Below the pieces are notes generated by a model. That model saw only the letters and a list, made by a program, of their open reading frames with translations. It ran no database searches and was not told the DNA's origin. The translations under genes and the position numbers were made by a program. From positions 13,206,001 through 13,270,000 of the forward strand of contig CM102290.1 in assembly GCA_046563655.1 (NCBI GenBank): a DNA stretch of 64,000 nt. Direction: 5' to 3'. The DNA comes from Yuukianura sp. NJ FZ-2021. Taxonomy: Eukaryota. Positions 49,301 to 61,889 of the stretch are shown here, in pieces; position 1 is the first letter of the stretch; the number at the start of each line of letters is the position of its first letter.

Positions 49301-50735
49301 GTCCGTCGTCACGAAACTTCTGGTTCAAATTAACGCTAAGCTGGGCGGTGAACCGTGGAAGATAAACTTGAACTTTAAAGTTCCAACGGTATGTATAAGA
49401 TCTTTACAGTAGAACCTCACATTAGCAACACGCTATGACTGGCTGGGTTGATGTGGTACCGTACGGCTCCAATTTCTATTTCATGTGAGATATTGGAAGC
49501 GATCTGTTTTGTTTAAAATCCGTCCAAAAAATTAAGTTTTACGGTATTCCACCGTAGGGGGAGATGGATCTATTGCTTAGGTATGCAAAGAGCCAGAGTA
49601 AAAAAAAAAAAAATTTTAAAAGTTCGCGCGCCGAAAAATCTGGTTTTTCAAACTTTGTTGTTTACCATTTTTGTGTGAGGGATTTTTTAATCAATTTTTT
49701 TTTACTCTGGTTCTTTAGGAACCTAATAAGTAAAAGTTCCGCCTTGAGAGGTTCTACTGTATCAGTGGTCTTCGTTTAATTTCAACATGTGATTGAAACT
49801 TACGTTTTGCAGATGATCGTGGGCTTTGATGTGTATCATCCTGGCAAAGGTAGAGACGCTGGACGGAAAAGCTACGGAGCAATCGTCGCAACGACGAATA
49901 GATGTGCCTCAAAATTCTATTCCACCGTGACCCCACACGAAGGAATGCAGGAGATTTCCAATGCACTGGAGTTGGATATTCTCAGTAAGAAATTCTTAAG
50001 TTACTGTCCAAATTCTTAAAATGCTTAAAAAATTAATCCAAAACATGTTTTTTAAAATTAGAATGCGTGAAGGCGTTTCAGAAAGCAAATAGTGGCGTGG
50101 TGCCGCAATACATAATCCTGTACAGAGATGGCGTCGGGGAAGGGCAACTGGGCTATGTGTACGAAACGGAAGTCGGACAAATTCAGGTATTTTGACCTCA
50201 GTCAATTGCTGAATTGAGAAAGTTTTCACTTTTTCACTTTTAACTTTGTTTAACTTTTACTTTTCCTTGCTAATAGAGGGCGTTGAAGAGCTACTATGAC
50301 ACATTGGGAAAGATGGCGCCAAAACTACTCTTCGTTGTCGTAACGAAAAAAGGAAACGCGCGAATCATGACCCGACATAACCAGAACTACGACAATCCTC
50401 CGCCTGGGACAATCGTTGACAACACAATCACACTTCCAGAAAGATACGACTTTTTTCTGGTGGCTCAACAAGCCCGTAGGGGACAAACTGTCAGTCCAAC
50501 GACTTTCAACGTTCTCCATGACGACGTCAAAATCACTCCAGCCGAGCTTCAGGCCCTAACTTTTCAACAGTGCCACATGTACTTCAATTGGTCAGGAACG
50601 GTGGCCGTTCCAGCAGTTTGTCAGTATGCACACAAATTGGCGTACTTGACTGGAACAGGGCTGGACACTGCGGCTGGAGCTGGACAAGCTCCTCTTGTCC
50701 AGGAACATCTCCTGTCCTATCTCTACTTTCTCTAA
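46393..50735 (+). CDS. piwi: PIWI-clade Argonaute B (Piwi/Aub-like) with an intact DEDH tetrad
   Basis: N-terminus MSNAWAGRGARGGGGPRGGRGG, LVANLF, PAZ (YNNRTYRVDDIAW...LLIPEFC), MID (YNEVKK, NQC, QINAKLGG), PIWI domain (GFDV, QEIS, YRDGVGEG, HMYFNW, CQYAHKL) and C-terminal LYFL. All exons join in frame. Confidence 0.95.
46896..47174. mobile_element. hAT-like MITE in a PIWI-B intron
   Basis: TIR tagtgttcccagtttcggtcac / gtgactgaaactgggaacattg. The flanking 8-mers cttaaatc and tctgaatc resemble a decayed 8-bp target duplication. Confidence 0.7.
48460..48515 (-). repeat. Family E fragment in a PIWI-B intron
   Basis: cgaaagctactttatgg...tgtctgtctgtctgtc is the reverse complement of the 11570-11612 and 31980-32025 motif. 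Confidence 0.6.
49405..49761. mobile_element. Family-D pogo-like MITE in a PIWI-B intron, carrying a nested inverted-repeat element (~49577-49726)
   Basis: Outer TIR tacagtagaacctc / gaggttctactgta. Inner TIR ttagg..caaagagccagagtaaaa / ttttactctggttcttt...cctaa, which is absent from the 10285 copy. Confidence 0.75.
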
Positions 50736-52370
50736 GTTACGAATGGTGGAGCACTTTTTACTTATCATTTAGTAAGCATTTTCGGAAGAGGTGGATACTG
50801 CCATTATACTGCCAGTTGCACATGCACGTTTCAAAGTTACATGTAGAAATCTGTTACAAAATACTTTTATTAAGGACTTTGGCATGGTACGGTACAACTT
50901 AATCATACGACTGTCAATGTCAAACGTTTCTAAATGTTAAAGTTTTAAGAATTTTAAAAAGTTCAAAATTTTAAAGTTTTTAAAAGATTTTATTGTTCAT
51001 TAGTTTTTCTAAATTTGTAGCTGAACCAATGCCTTGATCCTAAATTTTAAATACCTCCTCTATATGCGCATATTCGAACAAAATTATTTCAAATTGAATT
51101 CTAATTTTAAACTATTAATAATCATATATGTTTGTATATAATCTTATCAAATATTTTTATTCTAAATGGAATAAATCCATGGTAAAAAGTCAAGGCGAGA
51201 AGTGAAAGCAGGAAATTTCAAATTCCTGATAACTTTTTCTCATTTAAAATCAATTTTCCCCATATTTAACGTGATTGAAAAAAAATGCCAATGAAATCAA
51301 AATCCTATCAGAAAAAAAATGGAATACTAATCTTGTTTTTCTGAAATATTCTTGTAACTGGGTGCTAAAACAGCACAGAAAGACATCTTCATGAAAAAGA
51401 TAAGAGTGAGGTGAAGCGGTTTTTATTTTTTGGTTATGGCAGACTTGGAGAAAGTAAGGGAAGTGGCGAAAGTTCGCCCTGAAGTTTGAATCTGCCAATG
51501 GCAAAATACAAAATTGGAATGGCAATTGCAAATTGAAGGGGAAAAAATCTAAATTGTAATAATAACGTTCTATAAATTCGCACTATAATAAATGCACTTT
51601 AACAAAATTAAAGTACCATTCTTTTAAAATTTAAAAATAATAAAATGTTAAAGTATATCAAAATCAAAATATTAAAATATATAAACAAAATCCAGAAACT
51701 TCTTATCGATCATGATGTTTTACTGGTTATATGTATGTTGGGGCGACTGGTACGAGGTTCCATTTTGTTAAATGTCTAAATTTCAAAAACATTTGCCTTC
51801 TTGGAACTTGAATTTTCCAACCCATGGTAGTTTTAGCCAGTATTGCTGTATGTTCTCCTGTTTGACGTTTTATTCAGTGGATACCTTTCATCCGGAAGAA
51901 ATGGCTGGATAAAATGGACGGAAACGGATACTTTGACCTTATTTGATGTAAGTAGAAGAAATATTTTATCCTACCGACAACCCTGGTTGTTGGCACAAAG
52001 TGTGCATGTGCCAAAGTGTAAAATATGGAATTGCCATTGCTGTTGATTGAGTGGGTGGGTGGTGCGCCTGTGCGGAGTGACGTGCAGAGTGTAGCTACGG
52101 AGGGATGCATTGGTTTTGATCGACTCGTATGCGTGTCCTCCCTCCCTGTCCCTCCTGTCACTTTCTTTTTCTTCGTTTCTCCGTCCACTGCAGTCTCACT
52201 CTCGTCTCTCAGTCATAGTCGGCCATTTTCACTGATCCCAGTGGTGCCTCCGTGACTAAGACCACAGCAGACACACTCACTCTCCGACTCCGGTATAGAC
52301 GATCCTCTCCTCTCGTCACTACTACTTTCATCAGTTATCTTCAATTAACTAAATTATAACAGTAACCACA

Positions 52371-55300
52371 ATGTCAGAACGAGAGGACAACGTGTACAAG
52401 GCCAAGTTGGCGGAACAAGCGGAGCGATATGACGGTAAGTCCTCAATTAACAATCGTTTTTACCTTGTCACGACAACGTTCCTTCCGTGCCTCATCGGAA
52501 AAGTTCAGTTTCGTTTCAGTGACTTCATATAAAGTAGATCGATGTGTAAAGGGAGGAGTCCGTTCAGCCGGATGTGTTATATCATTAGGTTCAATTCGTG
52601 GTATACTGTCTATCGATGATGTGCGGCGTAGTGTAGTTTCGTAATTAAGGTATGCAGTAACGTATACTTGAGGTGCTTAATGGCGGCTATTAAGTTGTAC
52701 TAGTTAGGGTTGGTGAGTATCGGTGGTTGTTACGGAGGTAGGGTTTTGCGGAGGAAAGAAAACCTTATACGTCATGCAATTTTTAAATCGGGTTTCTTTT
52801 AGAAACTGACTTTCGATTTTGATTTAACTTCGGCAGCTGAAATCTAAAAAATCGGATAAGTACTTTAACAGCGAAAACTCACTGTAACGAAGAGCGTCAG
52901 TTGTAAATGATTGGGTAATATCGGTACATTTCATGTCAAAAGATGTAGGTGGAAGTCAGAATTGAATCGGAAATTCCGATTCGGAACATGTCATTAGATA
53001 AAAAAAAATTATGTAAGCGTGAAACAGGTAAACCAGAATTTGGTAAGCAGATTTAGGCCTGGGAATCGGCGAATCCGGTTCACACGAATTTGTGGGTAAA
53101 TTCGAGCATGCTGAAATCGGATGCGTTTAATCAATGTTGGGTTAAGATTCGGTTAGGTGTGGTCAGTTTTTGGCTGAAAGTCTGGGTTACGTCATACAGA
53201 AATATCTCACAAAAACTTTTGTTTTAATTTTGATTTACTTTTGTTTTTCAAAATTTTTAGTTATTTTCTTTGTTCCAGTAAATCATAGTCGGATTCTCAT
53301 TCCCCATCAAGCAACTGTAAAAGCTCTATGAAATTTATGTTACAGAATTCTTTTCAAGATTTAGTTTTATCCCTCACATAGACGATAACGTCATTTTCGT
53401 CGTTTCGTTTTTTTTAGAATGAGAGATGTGAGTTCAACTTAGAATATAAGGCATATCTGCCGGTTGAAACCATGGACCTACCGCACTCAATGTCCGATGT
53501 GTTTTTAAGTTTCACTCTTCGTTTTTATCTATCCTTAGTTTTCAAGTTTAGGTCAGATGACATTTGAAACTAAAACGGAAATCCAGAATGATTTTTAGTA
53601 GTGTTTCTTTCATGTCAAATAGTACATTGTTGTAAACGAGTAACTCAGGGGCCATTACCGGCTTTGGCTTTGGGTTCGAGCTAACCAAATTTAACGTACA
53701 TTTAAAGTGCATTTTTACCGTACATTGTGCGGTACGGCGTACAAATAATATTCGGTTCAATTCGTAGGCGAGTTGGAGTTGCGCCTTAAATGCCGGGAAA
53801 TTGGTATTTACCGCCTGAAGTTTTTGAGAGACAGCGGGAGTGTGGAAACAATGAATGATACTTGAGTCATCCTGATGTTATACCGCCCTCCACCGTTGTG
53901 GTGGCTCTCCCCCACCTCCTCCTCAATTAATCCTTAACGTACTACGTAGACGTAGGTTGGTGTAGGATGGGAATATGTGAATGTGAGACTTGGTATGTCG
54001 GAATCTGCAGAGTGTAGCCACTGTTACTACATAGGCCTGTTACTACCACCACCACCGCAGGCAAGTGCTAGGAGTCTGATATATAAGGAAAACTCCTTGG
54101 TCATTGCATCCCCTGTTAATGTTCGTTTCCAAGGTCAGTGTGATACCAAGTACTAAGAGAGTACGTTGAGTGAATGATGTACAGCTCTAGTTAGGTTTAA
54201 GTACGTTTGGGAGAGTCTTAAAGACGAAAGTGTTGACATGGCGGGTACTAAATTTGAATTGGTCAATTGATTTCAGGGTAGCTTCGAAATTTTGGCGATA
54301 TTTTGGATACTAGGCAGCGCGGAATTTGAATGTTGAAGTTGAATGAGTTTAACGGCGCATTCCGGACGCTAATTTATGAAACGTTGTCTTTACGTTTTGT
54401 ACTTTTTTGAGTTAAGGTTGTTCCTTATAAGGAAGTAGGATATGCCGGGGTTTCCGGGAAAGTTCAGTTTGAGAAATATGCTGGGCACCTTCCAGACCGC
54501 AACAGGATGACGACAACAACGGAACTGGAGATGACGCTGGTTCTGTACTTCTGTAGTAGTAACTGTCCCACCCTCTAATGGAGTTGCATGTTTGCTTCAA
54601 TTCGTAAGTAGGGATCAAGATCCTATAGGCTATAATTTGGACGGACAAACTGAATGTAGTACATTTTGGATAAAGTTTTGTCTTTTTTAGTCTTTAGTGA
54701 CTAAATCCTAAAGTTTAGTCTTTTTTACGAATTTATGTAGAGTCCAGATTTACGTAACGGTTAAAATGCTGAATGAAATCATAAGCAAAGTTTGCTTGTT
54801 TGAATTTTTGCAGAACACTCATGCGCAGAAGCATGACGTCTAACTCCTGTTTTCCGCCACTTTTTTCTTTGCTGTCTTGAATTACTGTGTTGTAATTAAG
54901 GAGAAAGTGGAAATGATAGTTAAGTTGGCGCGGTTTTATGATGGAGTTGGACACTTCTGGTTATGCGGCCGTGCAAAAACCATTTATATGACAGGTTCTA
55001 ATTAGTAGTTATTATTTTGTATTTCTTTTGCTACGCTTTTCTCCGGATGATGTTCTCCCCCGAACAATTTTATTAAGGTCAAACTACTGGGCTAAGATTC
55101 AAGTCGTTTCGGCCCTGCACTGAGAGGCACAGGCTCTGACGTCCCTGCTTTTCCATGACTCTTGGGGAAATTTCATGAGACTAATTCACTCAATTACTTG
55201 GTTGGTTTGATACTTTCCTTGTTCGTCCGATTTGTCAGACAAACTTTCTCTGCTTGAACAGTTTATGTTTTTGTTTAGTAAGAGTGGGCAAAGTTTGTAT

Positions 55301-58300
55301 TAACCGGAGTTTAAGTTTCGACTTACTTTGGTTGATGGATTATGAATTCGGTTTCACTGCTTTCATGTTGTTAGGATTTCTAATACTATCACTAGTAGAA
55401 TTACTTGTATTGTATAGCACTTGCTACTAATCCTAATCAACAGGAGCTGGAATCAGGGTTAATTACAGCTTAGGCAGTCTAAAATTGGTGTACCACACCC
55501 TGTGACTTTGGCAGTTCGGAAGTAATATTATCCTTGTTACAGTAAAACCTCTCATTTCTGAACTTTTTTTTTAGTGTCATTCACGTGATACAGTAAAAGT
55601 TTAATTTTGTTTTGGGGGGGATGTCGGATTTACACAAAAGAGCTGTGGGCGGTTTGGGCCGACTGTACTGTATTTAGAAAGTTTACGGTAATGGCGAAAA
55701 CCTTTGAACGAACCAATTAATCATAGGTAGAGAGTTTAGGATTGAGAAGTTTGACTGTATTTGAGTTTGTTCAATGTTCAATGAAATTTTCCGGATACAA
55801 GGACGATTCAGTTTCAGTTTTCGAGGTTTTTTTTGTGTGTGTTTTTTTTGTTGGTTTGACCTCTGACCTTTGCTTTTGCTTGGTGAGACGAAAGAAGCCA
55901 TGACTCTCTAGATCTATAGTGAAGTGTGTTCCCACAAAATGGCCTACGCCCTCATACCTCCCTTGCCACAACTTTTTGTTGAAAGGAGAAACAGAAATGG
56001 GTAATGGAATTGAAGTGACGAAAGTGTTTTGGTCGTCGTGTCAATAGTGGGAATTCCGTAGGTCTCTGGTTTGAGAAGTGGAGTGAAGTGTCGAAGTTTG
56101 TGTCGGAGTGTCAAAGTGAAAGTTGTACCGGTTATTTTATGGCGTAATGGGCGGGATACGTTAGTAACAGCTTAACCTGTACATGACCGTGAAAGGAAGT
56201 TGAGAGTTTTAGTACTAAAGATTTGACGGAGTGGAAGGAAGGTGTAAAAAAGTGGCCGAATTCGTTCTGTCACACTGTACTTTTTGATATAATCTCCCTA
56301 TCCTACTGCGTTGTAAATCTCTTTTCCCGTGGAATTGTACTTAGATTAAATTCTACTTTTGCCGTATTTCACCTATGCTTTCCCCAGAACTCATTTTTGT
56401 CTTTTGTGTGGCAAATTCAAAGTAGTAATCTTGATAACTTTCGTCGTTCAGCGTCTGCTTTTCCTGTGCAATACTTTGATCATACATTTGTATGTGAGCG
56501 GTAAATGTCTGGGTTTACAGAGGAAAAGCAGTGAAGATGTAATGAGAGTTGGTTTTGGAAGTATTTGGGACAACTCATACTTTTTTCTGTATTAATCTTA
56601 ACATTCCTGAATGACTAACATGAGTAACCTTTTTAGTTGAGTGGATTGTTCATTTTTGGTATGTAAGATAGATTGGTGATTTATGAGAAATGGATTTCGT
56701 GATGTACGGATGTAAATCGATTGCAATTTGGTCTAATTTCCCTGCATGGAAAGTAGAATTTTCTTAAATGTTTTCAGAGTAACAGTAATAATAAGTAGTT
56801 TGACGTTATTTGATTAGAAAAAGTATTAGAAGACGGTAGAGGTGAAAGAGAAATAGGAAAAGTTGGTAGGGCCATGTAGACAATCCTATTTGTACAGTGT
56901 TGTTCACGGAAAAAACAGACGAAAATTTAGAATCGTTTTTATGTCGTTTTTGGTGAAATCAAAATTTTTTGGGGGGATTTTGAGACCAAAACGCGGGAAA
57001 GAATTTTTTGACTTTTTTTAGGTTTGTGCTCATTATACCCCGTAATTTTCAAAATTAACAAAGTTTTGAGTTTGTTGGGTGTCTACTTTTGAGCAGAACT
57101 TTTGAACAACACTGTATTTTGAACTTACTTCGTCCTAGTAACTGAACTGTGAGAGTAAGGGAAGCATATATGTATTGGAATTATCGATTTGTTTCTGCGG
57201 GCAGGCGCCTTTACTTGGGTGTCTCCTGTGCATCCTTCCACTTGAATCCACTTTTTTCTTTCTCTTTTTCACTCTTTCTCTCTTTTCCTGCGTTTTAGGT
57301 TGAGAGAGTGAAAGTTCGTCGTATGTCGGGAAGGTGATCGTCCTGGGAGGATCCATGTCCATAGTCTATGATTTCAACCTATCTACGAGGAACTTATTTA
57401 ACTAATGCTATACAGGAGAAAAGAGAAAGTAGAAAGTAGTTGTTTGTTGGGCATAAGATGAGTGGTAAAGGGATCGGAGAGATGAGGAGATGGTGATGGA
57501 ATGAGGAATTTTAGGGGAAAGTGGAACTGGATTGGAGTCACCGTACTCTGTGAATCTGTCGTGTATGGAGAAAGCATTGTCTTCCGGAAGTTCCTCTGCT
57601 AGAGAAATTTCTGTGGAGGACTCCTCAAGCCAATGACAACAGGATGTTTTTTTTTGGTTGTCTCTGGGATGTGGACAGGATTTCCGGATTGTAAAAGTCG
57701 TAGAAGGCACTTTTTGAAATAGAATTTAAGGATGTGGAAATTTAAAAGGTCACATCCTACTCAACTCTTAGGCTGGTGAGAGCAGAATTTGTGCCGGAAA
57801 ATGTTTCTCTCCGGAAGAATTTCACGGCTTTTCACTCAGCCAAGTTGGTTGCGGCGACGCATGTTCTCAAAATGTTGCGTAAGAGGCGGAATGACTGCGA
57901 AATTCACAAATGTAGGATTAAGTATGTCGAGGGCTATACTGGAGGCAGGAAACAGCTTTTGTTGCCCCGGGCAACAGCGAAGGAGAAAATCAATCTTGAG
58001 CTTACCGTGTTGTGGAATTTTAATGTAGATTGGTGGAAGATGGAAGTTATTTTTTTAAGCTTAAGTTTAACTTTGTGTTTGACCTTTGTTTTTTAGAAAT
58101 GGTGGAGGCCATGAAGAAGGTTGCAGGCCTAGACGTGGAACTTACCGTAGAGGAGCGGAATCTTCTGTCTGTTGCTTACAAAAATGTGATTGGAGCGCGA
58201 CGAGCATCGTGGAGAATTATTTCTTCAATTGAGCAAAAGGAGGAGAGCAAAGGTGGAGAAGAGAAGTTGGAGATGATCCGCAATTACCGAGCTCAAGTAT

Positions 58301-59591
58301 GTTTCAAATAGACGAAGATGTGTTAGGTTTGATTAATCATGTGATTTAATTCCGACATCTTTTGATTTGTTTCTAGGTTGAGAAGGAATTGAAAGAAATC
58401 TGTTCGGATATCTTGAATGTTTTGGACCTGCATCTCATCGCAAACGCCAGTACTGGAGAATCCAAAGTTTTCTACTATAAAATGTAAGGGGAAATTTTGG
58501 AAAGTTTACTTGGATACTTGGCAGTATATTTTGTGTAAGGAAGTATTTAACAAAATATTTTGGGTTTGAACAGGAAAGGGGATTATCACCGTTATTTGGC
58601 TGAGTTTGCAACTGCTGCCGATAGAAAGGAGGCTGCCGAGCATTCTTTGGTAGCATACAAGTCGGCAAGTGGTGAGTCACTTTAAGAAAGTACTTGAAAT
58701 ACTTGAGATTGAGACTACGCATGTGCCGTGTTGTTGGGCATTTCGGTGACCTTGAACGCGGAAAGTGGTTGAAGCTAAAAGAGGATGATATGATAAAGTG
58801 TCGTAATATGATTTTTAGACATTGCAATGGCTGAGCTGGCTCCGACCCATCCAATCCGTCTCGGTCTGGCTTTGAACTTCTCAGTGTTCTATTATGAGAT
58901 CTTGAACTCTGCGGAACGAGCATGTCGCCTAGCGAAAGCTGCTTTTGATGATGCTATCGCAGAGTTGGATACATTGTCTGAGGAGAGCTACAAGGACTCA
59001 ACCCTCATCATGCAGCTTCTCCGCGACAATTTAACTCTTTGGACCTCGGATATGCAGGGAGAAGGCACAGAAGGTAAACTTTTATGAACATGTCTACAGA
59101 TCCTCAAGTGCCTTTGTTAAGGCATGGCAAATGTTAAGTTTGTGAAGTGTCCATGGTAACATTAAGTCACATGGGACGTGACGTCAAACAGTAATGTCAT
59201 TGGGAATGAGTGTTGGTTAATCGGGAGTTTGAGTTATAAATAATTTATAGAATTTATAAAAGTAATAGAATTTCTGGCGGGAAGCGACGTCACTTTTCGA
59301 ACTTTCGAGATTTGCGGAATTTGTACACACGACTTAATTATAAGTTCCATAGATTAAAAAAAGTTTGGGGAGTGACGTCACAGATTTGAAATGGACCAAT
59401 TACGAAAGCTGTAACAAAATGGGTTGCAGGGGGTGGGAAGAGGCGGGACTTGATAAATTCTATAAATTCCATAAATTCTATAAATTATTTATAACGCAAA
59501 GTGCCTAACGTTGATTTTGGTTTTGGATTTAGGAGGGGAGAGTGAGCAGAAGGAGCCGCTTCAAGATGTGGATGACCAGGATGTCTCATAA
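52371..59591 (+). CDS. 14-3-3epsilon: 14-3-3 protein epsilon, 6 coding exons, ~5.7-kb first intron
   Basis: [31 protein letters not shown]...[22 protein letters not shown]...[21 protein letters not shown]...[15 protein letters not shown]. Confidence 0.97.
59228..59500. mobile_element. Foldback/MITE-like element in the last 14-3-3 epsilon intron
   Basis: Perfect 25-bp inverted repeat gttataaataatttatagaatttat / ataaattctataaattatttataac. Confidence 0.7.
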
Positions 59592-60965
59592 CTAATTAAT
59601 TGTGAAAGTGTCCCGGTTGTTTATATACAATTGGCCAACAAATAAGAAAATAATACACAGCCGCGAACTTTTCTAACGTAAAGCAACAACATAATCTTAA
59701 AAAACAACTACAGGAGAATACTTAAATAATACTGTGAGATGATTCCTTGGTCGCTTGTTAGATGTCTGGATGCATCGAAAAATTGTTTTTTGTTTTGTTT
59801 ACGTGTGACTTTTCACTAAAAAAATATTAAAAACTGAGGATCAGATTTGGTACAACTTTCCATTGTAATACTGTAGTGTCTAATTGGCTGCTGGATGTTA
59901 TTAAACTTTACTTTTTAATTTGTTAGGTTTGTAAAACGTAGACTCATTAACTAAAACTAATGCCCTATTCATGGAATTCTATTATGTAAATTGTACTACT
60001 CTGTAAATCTGTTGTTTGTATTGTATACACACTCTTTTAAGGAGTTTTAGGAAGTCTTACGTACTTTGTACATGTAGTGAGTGACCTGAGGGTAGTAACT
60101 TATGAATGAGAAGTGCAGTGCGCAGTTGGATTCCAGTCACTTGAGTCTCTTTTGGTGGTGGCGAACGTTGTGACACGATGCTGTTAGTGTTTAAGAGGTT
60201 GAGAGGTGTGCGCCGCTGCGTTTAGTGACTGTGCTCCTTGATTAAATCCGATTTGGATCATTCCATCGTCTTCTTCTGCGTCACCATCTTCTTACTAAAC
60301 TCAGCGACAAACACCAACTTCTCATTTTTCATGCCACAATTTTCAAAAAATGCACCATCGCCACCACGACGAGACTCGTGTCACCGCTGCGAATGCAGAT
60401 CGTAATTCCAACTAATGCTTCTGCTCCTGTAGAATTTAAGAACATATTGGTTAAGTTAATTACCAAAATCCAAGGGCTCCTCTCTATAGGAACGGACATC
60501 TCATGTGATCAATCATTCGTTTGCTAGTAGTTCTCCGCATGATCCATTTTCCTTTCTGCTAATTCATCTGGAATGCTTGCAATTCATTGCTGAAAAACAA
60601 TAAGTTACGAATAAAATATTCCCCAACTTTTTATTCTGTCTCTCATAACAAAACAAGGGAAACGTTTTAAAACATAACCTGTTTACTGAGCCCTCATTAT
60701 GAAAAGAACCAGTTTAGTCGTACTTTAACATTGATAAATGTAATTAAACTGATTTGTATGTTAACTAATTGAGCTCAAATTGATTCCTATGGTCAAAATT
60801 ATGGACAGTTGAACAGTATCGAGGAGGTAGTTGGTAGAGATCCGAGCTGAATTCAGCCCTGAGTTTAGGAAAGTCCAAGTTCTTTAACAGGCGGTCACTG
60901 CAAAAGGTTCGGAGATATTGACCATTATACCACCGAGGAAAGCGTTCGGAGTGATCATATGATAT

Positions 60966-61012
60966 GACCAGCACCCAGTGACATATGATTCATATGTCAT
61001 AGGGTGCTGGTC
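60966..61012. other. Near-perfect 47-nt palindrome/hairpin just 3' of the PAGR1 stop codon
   Basis: gaccagcaccc-ag-tgacatatga-t-tcatatgtca-ta-gggtgctggtc. Confidence 0.8.
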
Positions 61013-61053
61013 TGATGCAGTTTAGAAGTCAGTTTACGAGTTTTACTTCCCAG

Positions 61054-61889
61054 TTATGGAGCACCACTGGATCGTGTTCGTGACGTATTGGCAGAGTAGG
61101 AAGGATTCGGTGACTTGTTCTCAATAAGTTTTTGGTCCATGTCCAGAAGTCGGTGCCGTTCCATGCTGGAGAGGATTCCGGCTAAACTTTGAGATTTCTT
61201 TTTATTTGCCTTGAGTACCCCAGTTTTTCCAAATCGACTAATGTGAGGTTGTGGAACGGCCTTTACTTCTTCTTCAAAGTCGAAATCCGTAGCTTCTTGT
61301 TCAGTCCTGAAAGAAAATGCAAGAAGAGTGTCAGTGTCATGGCGGTCATTTTTCTGCTGGATTGAATAGTTTACTATATAAGCTAATCGTCAATCTATAA
61401 AAGTGGTTAATGTAAGAAGTAAAAACGTACTCAATCTTGGAGGAAGGCTTATTCTGAAGTGGAGCTGGAGTTGGTGGTGTTTCGTCGTCTGGATTTTTTC
61501 GTTCTCCTGGACACTTCCAGGTAAACTTCAAAGAGTTGTTGGCCACCTCGCTATACAGAGCACTTATTTGCGTGGGAAACGGAGACCAACTGCTACCACA
61601 CTGAAAATATTAGAATAAAAACATGAACATTGCCTCTTTGTCCCGTCGACCTTCCTGTGAGTAAGAGCTCCACCCAATAACTTTTCATTCAGTCGGTGGC
61701 ACAAGTTTTCTAAATAGGAGTCATTTGTACGCATGTCCCAACTTTGTAGCCACCTATAGTAAATGCAAAACTTAACTGTGGAAGTAAAAGCATTTTGCTT
61801 ACTTTAATACCCAGTCGATCATATTCCTCTTCGTCTGAACATTCTGCCAGTATTTCATCGTAGCTGTTCCGGGTTAGGCCTACTTCCAT
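61054..61889 (-). CDS. PAGR1: PAXIP1-associated glutamate-rich protein 1 (PA1)
   Basis: Motifs ECSDEE, WSPFPTQISALY, FTWKCPG.RK, DFDFEEE and SLAGILSSMERHRLLD occur in the order expected for the PA1 family. The internal splicing is ambiguous. Confidence 0.75.

Noticed and set aside
38031..50735. Prokaryotic Argonaute system or horizontal transfer
   Set aside because: Both genes have many spliceosomal introns, RG-rich N-termini and animal PIWI signatures.
55045..55143. C/D-box snoRNA in 14-3-3 epsilon intron 1
   Set aside because: The C box is imperfect (ATGATGT) and I could not identify an rRNA-complementary guide. A snoscan/Infernal search would be needed.
52435..58096. Nested genes among the short ORFs in 14-3-3 epsilon intron 1
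   Set aside because: No recognisable motifs or consistent splice chain, and the ORFs are short and compositionally biased.
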